A stretch of DNA of 47,270 nt, taken from positions 1 to 47,270 of the forward strand of contig QKDP01000192.1 in the NCBI GenBank assembly GCA_003252055.1, in the 5' to 3' direction. Both the position numbers and the translations under genes were made by a program. Source of the DNA: Desulfobacter postgatei (GTDB lineage Bacteria > Desulfobacterota > Desulfobacteria > Desulfobacterales > Desulfobacteraceae). This document shows positions 28,915 through 36,956 of the stretch, one piece after another; the stretch's first letter is position 1, and every line of letters starts with the position of its first letter. Under the pieces are notes generated by a model. The model ran no database searches. It had not been told where the DNA came from and was given only the letters and a program-made list of their open reading frames with translations.

Positions 28915-30162
28915 ATGAGTTTCGAACTGATCCTGTTATGTGTCTGCCTTCTTCTGTCAGGGTTTTTTTCAATGTCTGAAACTGCGCTTTTTTCCATTTC
29001 AAAAATTAAAGCCCTTCATATATCCAAAGATGGTACAAATTCAGGACGGCTTATCCTGCATATGAAAGAGGACTCTCATACCCTTTTGACCACCATTCTC
29101 ATCGGTAACAACCTGGTAAACATTGGTGCATCAGCCCTTGCCACTTCACTTGCCATTGCCCATTTTCAGTCCAATGCCGTGGGTATTGCCACCGGTACCA
29201 TGACAATTCTGGTTCTTGTTTTTGGAGAAATTACCCCAAAATCCTTTGCCAACCATAACAATGTGGTGGTCTCAAGGGCAGTCATATATCCCCTATACTG
29301 GCTGTCAAAACTTTTATGGCCTTTGATCTTTATCCTGAATTTCATACCTAAACTGCACGGCACCATAGACACTTCCCAGGAAACCGTGACCGAGGATGAA
29401 CTGATGACCATGGTGGAGGTGGTGGAAGGGGAAGGTGAGATCAAGGAGGAAGAAAAGCAATACATCACCAACATTTTTGAATTTGATGATACCTACTGTT
29501 CTGAAATCATGACGCCCAGGGCAGACATGTTTGTGGTGGATGCGGCTGAAGGCCTGGATATTCCAATGGTTCTGAAAACAGGATTTTCACGCATTCCGGT
29601 GATTGAAGATACCATCGATAATGTTGTGGGGATTCTGCACATCAAGGATCTGTTTGCCGGATACCTGGAAAAGGTTGATTCCGAAACGACTCCGGACAGC
29701 CTTGATGTCAAAGCGATTATGAAAAAGCCATATTTCATACCGGAATCAAAGAAACTGGATTCACTGCTTAAAGCCTTTAAGGCAAAAAAAAGCCATATGG
29801 CGGTTGTGGTTGATGAGTATGGTGGCGTATCCGGTATCGTTACCCTTGAGGATGTGGTTGAAGAAATTTTTGGAGAAATTGCCGATGAGTCCGATAAAAA
29901 TACACCGGACATTGTTCAGATCAAAGGGAACAAGTGGCTGGTAGCCGGCAAAACAGATATATATCATCTCAACAAAGCGCTGAACTTGGGCATTCCGGAA
30001 TCTGCAACCTACGATACGGTCTCGGGATTTTTCCTGGAACTTGTGGAGCGTATCCCCAACCCCGGGGAATCCATTCACATGAATAACTGGGTCTTTTCGG
30101 TAAAGGACATGGACGGCAACCGGATTCAGTCTTTTATCATTAAACCGGCTGAAGAGTCCTGA
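28915..30162 (+). CDS. CNNM/CorB-like (DUF21-CBS-CorC) membrane protein, putative Mg/Co transport
   Basis: FFSMSETALFS, ILIGNNLVN, FGEITPKS, FSRIPV, VDEYGGVSGIVTLED. Confidence 0.9.
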   Translation: MSFELILLCVCLLLSGFFSMSETALFSISKIKALHISKDGTNSGRLILHMKEDSHTLLTTILIGNNLVNIGASALATSLAIAHFQSNAVGIATGTMTILVLVFGEITPKSFANHNNVVVSRAVIYPLYWLSKLLWPLIFILNFIPKLHGTIDTSQETVTEDELMTMVEVVEGEGEIKEEEKQYITNIFEFDDTYCSEIMTPRADMFVVDAAEGLDIPMVLKTGFSRIPVIEDTIDNVVGILHIKDLFAGYLEKVDSETTPDSLDVKAIMKKPYFIPESKKLDSLLKAFKAKKSHMAVVVDEYGGVSGIVTLEDVVEEIFGEIADESDKNTPDIVQIKGNKWLVAGKTDIYHLNKALNLGIPESATYDTVSGFFLELVERIPNPGESIHMNNWVFSVKDMDGNRIQSFIIKPAEES

Positions 30163-30208
30163 TTTACGTTCACCAGGCATTTAAAATATTATTGACAGCT
30201 TGAATCTA

Positions 30209-30237
30209 TTGACAGAAATTAACTATACGTATAAAGT
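30209..30237 (+). promoter_or_regulatory. Putative sigma70 promoter of the leader-pheA operon
   Basis: TTGACA (30209-30214)-17nt-TAAAGT; a second TTGACA at 30192. Confidence 0.5.
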
Positions 30238-30269
30238 TCCAAAAAATATATAAGGGAAAAAATAGTTCA

Positions 30270-30347
30270 ATGATTTTTAGCTTCAGCAAAAATTTTTATT
30301 TTAGCACGCGATTTTATAAAAAGGACAGCCTGCCTGTGGACTACTGA
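30270..30347 (+). CDS. Putative Phe/Tyr-rich attenuator leader peptide MIFSFSKNFYFSTRFYKKDSLPVDY
   Basis: 25 codons with 5 Phe and 3 Tyr, directly upstream of a terminator and pheA. Confidence 0.7.
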   Translation: MIFSFSKNFYFSTRFYKKDSLPVDY

Positions 30348-30377
30348 TTTTTCCCCATAAATTTAACTTAAATCACT

Positions 30378-30414
30378 AAAACCGCAGCAGGCAGGGCCTG
30401 ATGCGGTTTTTTTT
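30378..30414 (+). terminator. Attenuator terminator upstream of pheA
   Basis: AAAACCGCA-G-CAGGC-AGG-GCCTG-A-TGCGGTTTTTTTT; its 5' arm is also complementary to 30329-30339. Confidence 0.8.
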
Positions 30415-30446
30415 ATTTGTGCCATTCGATAAAAAAGGAAATTGAT

Positions 30447-31586
30447 ATGACGAATCGTAAAAACGGGGAGCAAGACAATCAAAAGCAAACAAGTGATGAT
30501 TCTTCGTCCCTGTCTCCACTTCGTGGGGAAATTGACCGCATTGATGAGCGCATCCTTGAACTGATCAACCAGCGCCTGGAGATCGGTAAAAAAGTAGGGG
30601 AGATTAAAAAGCAGACAGGCAGTCAAATTCTGGACCGGACCCGGGAACGCATGGTAATTGACCGGCTTTTCCGGCTGAACCCCGGCCCTGCGGATGAAAG
30701 TTTGATCCAGTATATTTTCAATGTGATCATCACGGCCACACGGGAAATTCAGAAACCTAAGACTATTGGTTATTTAGGACCCCTTGCCAGTCATTCACAT
30801 ATTGCCGCCCTCCATTATTTCAGGCACTGCGGGGAATTTGTAGAACAGCCCAGTTTTTTTGATATTTTCAACAATATTGAGCGAAAGGAGCTACATTTCG
30901 GCATTGTTCCCGTTGAAAACTCCATTGAAGGGGCTGTGAACTATACCCTTGATCTGTTTGCTGAATTTGATCTTGATATTACGGCAGAGCATTATGAGCC
31001 TGTTTCCCATGATCTGTTATCCATCACAGGGGAACTCAAAGATGTTAAAACCGTTTACTCCCATCCCCAGGCCATTGCCCAGTGCAAAAACTGGTTGAAG
31101 AAACATCTGCCCCATGCCATAGTCATGGAGACGAGCTCCACATCAAATGCGGCACTTATGGCCTCAAAGGATGAACAGATTGCCGCCATTGCATCGGGCA
31201 AAGCAGCTCATTTTTATAACCTGCTGCCGGTGGCATCAAAAATACAGGACCGTGCCGGCAACATTACGCGGTTTCTTGTGATTGGGGGAGATCGTCCGGA
31301 AAGAACAGGGAATGATAAAACATCTATTATGTTTGCCACAAACCATACCCCGGGCGCTCTTTTCAGGGCGCTTTCGCCTGTGAACCGATCCGGCTTGAAC
31401 ATGGTTAAACTCGAATCCAGGCCCACGCGTCACTATAACTGGAGTTATCATTTTTTCATGGATATTGAAGGGCACATCCAGGATGAAATTGTATTTCAAA
31501 CCATTGAACAGATTCGAAGCCAGGCCCTGTACTTAAAAGTGTTAGGGTCGTACCCGATTTTTGAAAAACCGGAGATATTACAATGA
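30447..31586 (+). CDS. pheA: Chorismate mutase / prephenate dehydratase (P-protein)
   Basis: LRGEIDRIDERILELINQR (CM), PVENSIEG, SHPQAIAQC, NITRF, ESRP (ACT domain); SD AAGGA. Confidence 0.96.
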   Translation: MTNRKNGEQDNQKQTSDDSSSLSPLRGEIDRIDERILELINQRLEIGKKVGEIKKQTGSQILDRTRERMVIDRLFRLNPGPADESLIQYIFNVIITATREIQKPKTIGYLGPLASHSHIAALHYFRHCGEFVEQPSFFDIFNNIERKELHFGIVPVENSIEGAVNYTLDLFAEFDLDITAEHYEPVSHDLLSITGELKDVKTVYSHPQAIAQCKNWLKKHLPHAIVMETSSTSNAALMASKDEQIAAIASGKAAHFYNLLPVASKIQDRAGNITRFLVIGGDRPERTGNDKTSIMFATNHTPGALFRALSPVNRSGLNMVKLESRPTRHYNWSYHFFMDIEGHIQDEIVFQTIEQIRSQALYLKVLGSYPIFEKPEILQ

Positions 31587-32377
31587 TTGACGCTGCCACC
31601 CGGTTATATTGTGTATTCGGCAATCCTGTCAGGCACTCTAAAGGCCCTGTAATTCATAATGCAGCGTTTAAAAATAAGGGCATCAATGCCGTTTACCTTG
31701 CCTTTGAGGTGCAGGATGCGGCAAGGGCGGTGCAGGCTGTGCGCACGCTGGATATCCAGGGGGCTTCTGTAACCATTCCGTTCAAGGAATCCATCATGGA
31801 ACATATTGACTGGATCGACCCCACAGCCCGGGCCATTGGTGCCGTAAACACCATAGTCAATGAAAACGGCGTATTAAAAGGCTATAATACGGATTGTCAG
31901 GCTGCTGTTGCGCCCCTTATCCCCTTTGGCATTTCAGGAAAAACCGTCTGTATTGTGGGTGCAGGCGGCGCAGCCCGGGCCGTGGCCTACGGTATTGCAG
32001 CCCAAAATGGGGATATCATCATCACCAATCGCACGGAACAAAAAGGCCGGGCCCTTGCTGAAGCGGTTAACGCACGGTTTATACCTGCCAAAGAGATGGA
32101 AAACATCCGGGCCGATGTGCTGATCAATACCACAAGCATCGGCATGACACCTAAAGCGGACAAAATAAGCTTTCCGTCCAAGGCATTGACATCTGAAATG
32201 GTGGTGATGGATGTGGTGTATACCCCGTTGAGAACCCGGCTGCTTGAAGCGGCGGAACAAAAGGGCTGCACAACCATTGACGGCCTGTCCATGTTCATTG
32301 CCCAGGCCGCAGCCCAGTTTGAATTATGGACAGGCATAACCCCTGATACGAACCTGATGCGGAACACCATTATTTAG
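31583..32377 (+). CDS. aroE: Shikimate dehydrogenase
   Basis: GNPVRHS, VTIPFK, IGAVNT, YNTD, GAGGAA, NTTSIGM. Confidence 0.95.
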   Translation: MIDAATRLYCVFGNPVRHSKGPVIHNAAFKNKGINAVYLAFEVQDAARAVQAVRTLDIQGASVTIPFKESIMEHIDWIDPTARAIGAVNTIVNENGVLKGYNTDCQAAVAPLIPFGISGKTVCIVGAGGAARAVAYGIAAQNGDIIITNRTEQKGRALAEAVNARFIPAKEMENIRADVLINTTSIGMTPKADKISFPSKALTSEMVVMDVVYTPLRTRLLEAAEQKGCTTIDGLSMFIAQAAAQFELWTGITPDTNLMRNTII

Positions 32378-32462
32378 TGTTTGAACGAAAAGTCACCCAT
32401 CTGCGGCGTTGCATCTGGGCAACTTTGTGGGCATACACCTCTCTAACGAGCCGTCCAAACAC
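32377..32462. repeat. Nested imperfect palindromic element (REP/MITE-like) between aroE and aroA
   Basis: Outer IR GTGTTTGAACG (32377-87) / CGTCCAAACAC (32452-62); inner IR AAAGTCACCCA / TGGGCAACTTT. Confidence 0.5.
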
Positions 32463-32505
32463 GGGGTTCAGCTCAGGTATTTTTAAATGATAAAAGGAGA
32501 ACTTC

Positions 32506-33777
32506 ATGAAGCACATGAAGCAGGTAATTCCCAGAAATATCCAGGACCAGGTGGTCAAAATTCCGGGCTCCAAAAGCATTTCACACAGGATGTTGATCTG
32601 TGCAGCCCTGGCTGACGGCATATCTGAAATTTACAATGTACTGGACAGCCAGGATATTTCACTTACCCGCAAAACCCTTGAGTGCATGGGTGCTCACATT
32701 GAAAGCAGACAAGACGGTGCCCTGTTGGTCACAGGTTTCGGCGGGCGGCCAAAGCCCTGGCCGGACCCCATTCATCTTGGTAATTCAGGTACGTCCATGC
32801 GCCTTCTAGCAGGCATTGCCGCCCTTGGCAGTACCCCATATACCCTGACCGGAGATGAGCGGATGCGCCAACGCCCCATGGGGGAGCTTTTAGATGCCCT
32901 GAACCGTATCCGGATCAGTGCCGGTTCCCAAAACAATGAAGGTACACCGCCGGTGGTGATCCAGGGTGGGGACAGGGCAGGGGGGCGGACCCTTCTTGAC
33001 TGCTCCCGGTCAAGCCAGTACCTGTCTGCCCTGCTCATGGCCGGTGCTTTTTTTGACCAGGGCCTTGTGATTGATCTGACCGGGCCTGCCGTGTCCCAGC
33101 CTTATATCGATCTGACGCTGGATGTGATGAAGCAGTTCGGGGTCAATGCCTTCCAGATATCCGACACCTGCTATGAGGTCCCGGGAGCCCAGACCTACTC
33201 ATCCGGAACCAGGTCCGTGGAGCCAGATCTTTCCAATGCCGGATATTTCTGGGCAGCCGGTGCTGTAACAGGTGCGGATATCGGCGTGGATAATATCGGC
33301 ACAGCCTCTTTGCAGGGGGATTTGAAACAGGCGTATATATTTGAAAAGATGGGCTGTACAGTAAATCATGACGGCCGGGTCCTGCGGGTAAAAGGCGGAC
33401 CCGGGCTTTTACACGGCGTGGATGTGGATATGTCCGATACCCCGGATGCCGTGCCTGCTGTGGCTGTTACAGCCGCGTTTGCAAAGGGCACCACCCGGAT
33501 TACCAATATCGGTCATCTTCGGGTCAAGGAGTGCGACCGCATTGATGCGGTTTGTTCCCAGCTTACCAAAATGGGAATTAAAGCGGTGCAGGGACCGGAT
33601 TTTATGGAAATTACCGGCGGCACACCCCATGGCACAGTCATTGAAACCTTTAACGACCATCGTATTGCCATGGCCTTTGCCGTTGCAGGCCTTAGGGTGG
33701 ATGGCATTGAAATTGAAAATCCCGTGTGCGTGGAAAAATCATTCCCCACATTCTGGCAGCTCTTTGATGCCCTGTAA
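32506..33777 (+). CDS. aroA: 3-phosphoshikimate 1-carboxyvinyltransferase (EPSP synthase)
   Basis: PGSKSISHR, LGNSGTSMR, SSQYLSALL, LRVKECDRI, DHRIAMAF. Confidence 0.96.
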   Translation: MKHMKQVIPRNIQDQVVKIPGSKSISHRMLICAALADGISEIYNVLDSQDISLTRKTLECMGAHIESRQDGALLVTGFGGRPKPWPDPIHLGNSGTSMRLLAGIAALGSTPYTLTGDERMRQRPMGELLDALNRIRISAGSQNNEGTPPVVIQGGDRAGGRTLLDCSRSSQYLSALLMAGAFFDQGLVIDLTGPAVSQPYIDLTLDVMKQFGVNAFQISDTCYEVPGAQTYSSGTRSVEPDLSNAGYFWAAGAVTGADIGVDNIGTASLQGDLKQAYIFEKMGCTVNHDGRVLRVKGGPGLLHGVDVDMSDTPDAVPAVAVTAAFAKGTTRITNIGHLRVKECDRIDAVCSQLTKMGIKAVQGPDFMEITGGTPHGTVIETFNDHRIAMAFAVAGLRVDGIEIENPVCVEKSFPTFWQLFDAL

Positions 33778-33821
33778 ATTGGGTGCCTTGTAGATTGGAC
33801 GCCCTGTAAAAAGGAGAGACC

Positions 33822-34355
33822 ATGGGTCCCGTTTTTCTTATCGGATACCGGTGTACCGGCAAAACCAGTACCGGAAAGTATCTGGCCAAGCTTTTGAACA
33901 AAAATTTTCTGGATACGGATCTGGTTTTGGAATCAACTTACGGCACTACCATTGCACAGATGGTGTCCCGGCACGGCTGGCCCTATTTCCGGGCAAAAGA
34001 AACTGAAACCCTTATGAATCTGGATTTGAAAAACGCGCCTGTTATAGCCACGGGCGGGGGGATCATCCTTGCAGAAGAAAACAGGCAGTTTTTAAAAGAG
34101 AACGGGGTTGTTGTATATCTTTATGCCACAGCATCGGTTCTGACAGACAGGATCCGCAAAGATGAAAACAACACCGAGCGACGACCGGACCTTACCTGTG
34201 ACAGCCTTGCCCTTGAAACCCAAAAAATGCTTGAAATCAGAAATCCGTTGTACCAGGCACTTGCCGCTATATCCATTAACACAGAAGAATACGCCCCGAA
34301 AGAAGCAGCGCATCGGATCGCGGCTGAGCTTGACCTGCACTACAGGAACCCATAA
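33822..34355 (+). CDS. aroK: Shikimate kinase (AroK/AroL)
   Basis: LIGYRCTGKTS, DTD, GWPYFRAKE, ATGGG, RNPLY. Confidence 0.92.
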   Translation: MGPVFLIGYRCTGKTSTGKYLAKLLNKNFLDTDLVLESTYGTTIAQMVSRHGWPYFRAKETETLMNLDLKNAPVIATGGGIILAEENRQFLKENGVVVYLYATASVLTDRIRKDENNTERRPDLTCDSLALETQKMLEIRNPLYQALAAISINTEEYAPKEAAHRIAAELDLHYRNP

Positions 34356-34378
34356 GTATCAAAAAAGGAGGATCTTTA

Positions 34379-34762
34379 ATGAATATAATAACCCATCAAT
34401 TAATAGACAATGAACTGTGCGGCACGCCGGTTATGGTGGAAAACGGCAAAAGCCGTGTGGAATATACAACCACGCCCAGAATGGCGGCAGATGACTCAGG
34501 GCTGGTGCATGGCGGATTTATTTTCGGACTTGCGGATTATGCCGCCATGCTTGCGGTGAATCACCCCAATGTTGTGCTTGGCGGCGCAGATGTTAAATTT
34601 TTAAAACCGGTCAAAGCAGGGGAATCTGTCTATGCCCAAGCCAGTGTAACCTCCGTGTCAGGTAAAAAGCAGATGGTCAGCGTTACGGTTAAACGTGAAG
34701 AAGATATTGTTTTCAAAGGGGATTTTTCCTGCTTTGTCCTGGAAAAACATGTTCTTGAATAA
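34379..34762 (+). CDS. PaaI-family hotdog thioesterase
   Basis: VHGGFIFGLADYA, VKFLKPV; SD AGGAGG. Confidence 0.85.
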   Translation: MNIITHQLIDNELCGTPVMVENGKSRVEYTTTPRMAADDSGLVHGGFIFGLADYAAMLAVNHPNVVLGGADVKFLKPVKAGESVYAQASVTSVSGKKQMVSVTVKREEDIVFKGDFSCFVLEKHVLE

Positions 34763-34766
34763 AATG

Positions 34767-34810
34767 AATCCCAAGAGTCATGTTTTTATCAAAACATGAC
34801 TCTTGGGATT
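34767..34810. terminator. Perfect 20-bp hairpin between convergent genes
   Basis: AATCCCAAGAGTCATGTTTT-TATC-AAAACATGACTCTTGGGATT. Confidence 0.75.
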
Positions 34811-34819
34811 TTATAAATT

Positions 34820-35146
34820 TTAGGCATCCTGGCACGTCTTGATCATATCGCTTTCCAGCATGTCAGCAATACCCTGGGCGGAATTCAGGGCATCGTTAAT
34901 CATAAAAAGTTTAATTTTCAGGGTTTTCAGGGATGCAGGGGGCGCTGAAATTTTTTCTTCTGATGCAAGCAATGACGAAAACATGTCAGTTTTTTGGGCA
35001 AACCCGGACAATCGTTCACTGAATTGAACGATCTGTTTGGCCCACTTGTCCCTTTCTTCCCTTGTAAGTTCGATGTTTGCGTTGTCAATGCCGTTAATCA
35101 AGTGGTCAATCTGGTACTCCTGGGGATTGGCGATGATTTCATACAT
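34820..35146 (-). CDS. Hypothetical helical protein (108 aa, MYEIIANPQEY...)
   Basis: ATG 35146 has SD AAGGAG; fills the gap between tolC and the terminator; no family recognised. Confidence 0.65.
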   Translation of the reverse strand: MYEIIANPQEYQIDHLINGIDNANIELTREERDKWAKQIVQFSERLSGFAQKTDMFSSLLASEEKISAPPASLKTLKIKLFMINDALNSAQGIADMLESDMIKTCQDA

Positions 35147-35253
35147 AGTTTGAACTCCTTTACATCTGAAATTAATCCGGAAAAGCTTTAAAACAGATCC
35201 GATTCCATGCAAAATTTCGTGAAGGATAAGCGGGCACCAGGCGTTAGTCAAGT

Positions 35254-36558
35254 TCATTCTTCGTTCAGAAAATAACCCAGGATATCCCCCTGGGTGTAAA
35301 TAATTTTCAATATGGACAGATAAAAGGAGGAGCGGGCATTGGATATGCGCCGCTGGGCATCCACAAGCAAGGTATTGGCATCCATGATATCAAGACTGTC
35401 AGCCATGCCGTATTGAAACTGCATCTGAACGGCATTGAAATTTTCCTCAGCAGATTTTACTTCCTCAGCAAGGTTGATCAAGGTGGATTTTGCGGTGTTA
35501 AATTCCAGAAAAGACTGCTTTGATTCAAGGATTACCGCCTTTTTCTCATTGGCCAGGGCCTGCTCTGCCTGGCGCTGTTTTGCCACGGACTGGCGAACCT
35601 GGGCACGCCGCAATCCGCCGTCATACAGGGTAAATACGAACTGGGCCTGGATATATGCCTCTTCGGTATCGTATCCGCCTTGGGTTCCGGTTCCGGTGTC
35701 ATAGGTGATATCTTTTTCCCGGTAACCGCTTTCAATCTCAATACGGGGCCAGTATTCACCTTTTTCATAGGCAATGGTCCGCCGGGCAATCTCAAGATCC
35801 TTTGTGGCTTCCTTGATCTCATAACGGTTTTCAAGGGCATGGGATTTTATCTGTTCAAGGGTGACTGAAAAATTTTCAACATCTTTGATCTCCCCCGGTG
35901 CAATGGAGAACTGGTCTTCGATGCCGGTGAGCCTGACAATACCCGCCTTGGCTGTCTGAACATTATTGAGTGCCACAATCTGATTGGTTTTAGCCTTTGA
36001 CAATTCCGCCTGGGCCCGGTACAGATCGGTTTTTGTTACACTACCCACAATAAGCTTTTCATTCACCGAATCCCTGTATGCGATCAACCGTTCAACTTCG
36101 GCATCCGCCACTTCCACCAGACGTTTCAAATTCAACGCCTGGATATAGGCCTGGGACACCTGGAAAATATAATCACTTCTAATGGCCTGCTCTGAAAATT
36201 TTGCCTTTTCAATGCCTTTTTTGCTGACGTCATAGGCGATCAGTTCTCTGCCGTTCAGGGTAAATGACTGGGTGAGCTTGCCGCCCAGGGTATTTACATC
36301 AGGCGTGTAATAATCGTCGTTTTTATAATTCAGATAACTGCCGTATAGCGTAGCTGCAGGAATGAGCACGGACTGGGCCCGCTTTTTATCCTGTTCTGCA
36401 ATATAGGTCTGTTCCCTGGCAATCCGGATGGTTTCTGCATTTTCATTGGCAATCCGGCACAATTGTGTCAGGGTGTATGACGGCTCGCAGAAGCCTTGTG
36501 GTGCAAACCCGAAAACCAGTAACAATAACGCCTGAAAGCAGACATGAATCTTTTTCAT
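35254..36558 (-). CDS. TolC-family outer membrane efflux protein
   Basis: Signal peptide and two OEP repeats (VSQAYIQAL...TKTDLYRAQAEL; LYDGG...FQYGMADSLDIMDA). Confidence 0.9.
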   Translation of the reverse strand: MKKIHVCFQALLLLVFGFAPQGFCEPSYTLTQLCRIANENAETIRIAREQTYIAEQDKKRAQSVLIPAATLYGSYLNYKNDDYYTPDVNTLGGKLTQSFTLNGRELIAYDVSKKGIEKAKFSEQAIRSDYIFQVSQAYIQALNLKRLVEVADAEVERLIAYRDSVNEKLIVGSVTKTDLYRAQAELSKAKTNQIVALNNVQTAKAGIVRLTGIEDQFSIAPGEIKDVENFSVTLEQIKSHALENRYEIKEATKDLEIARRTIAYEKGEYWPRIEIESGYREKDITYDTGTGTQGGYDTEEAYIQAQFVFTLYDGGLRRAQVRQSVAKQRQAEQALANEKKAVILESKQSFLEFNTAKSTLINLAEEVKSAEENFNAVQMQFQYGMADSLDIMDANTLLVDAQRRISNARSSFYLSILKIIYTQGDILGYFLNEE

Positions 36559-36619
36559 CTTTAACATCCTTTATGTTGAAAACAGTTGTTAAAACGACCT
36601 GACAACCTATCGATCCATA

Positions 36620-36648
36620 AGCATATTATGGCCCAAAATTCAGGTCAA
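36620..36648 (-). promoter_or_regulatory. Putative sigma70 promoter of the TolC gene
   Basis: Minus strand TTGACC-17nt-TATGCT. Confidence 0.5.
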
Positions 36649-36737
36649 GTATTTGATCGTGCCCATCAAGCAATAGCTTTTTGCCCGACTTTCTTGATTT
36701 AGTCGGGAAGGATTGTGCGGACGGCAGGTTTTGATCT

Positions 36738-36765
36738 GTTTCAATCCACGCCCGCATGGGGCGAT
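36738..36765 (-). CRISPR. Solitary, shortened type I-C-like CRISPR repeat (no array, no cas genes in window)
   Basis: Minus strand ATCGCCCCATGCGGGCGTGGATTGAAAC versus the Dvulg/I-C type repeat GTCGCCCCCCACGCGGGGGCGTGGATTGAAAC: identical 3' 16 nt and an intact CGCCC/GGGCG stem. Confidence 0.6.
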
Positions 36766-36842
36766 AGAACAAGACATAATCCAGGTGGAATTTCTTGAAA
36801 AAGCCTTGGTAAAAAACATCAAGCTTTGGTAAATGTATTACA

Positions 36843-36899
36843 GCATTTTGAATCCTTAATTTTTGAGGTTTTGTAAAACTGTTCACGGATTCAAAATGC
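36843..36899. repeat. 13-bp perfect inverted repeat with 31-nt spacer
   Basis: GCATTTTGAATCC (36843-55) / GGATTCAAAATGC (36887-99). Confidence 0.6.
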
Positions 36900-36956
36900 C
36901 ATTTTTTTTCGAAAACCCAAGCATATAAAATAATAAGAAACCAGGTGGAACATATT

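Noticed and set aside
30190-30215. Direct repeat TATTGACAG x2
   Set aside because: Explained as tandem -35-like elements; too short to call a separate repeat.
36600-36900. A true CRISPR array around the solitary repeat
   Set aside because: No second repeat copy at spacer distance on either side, so it is reported only as a solitary repeat.
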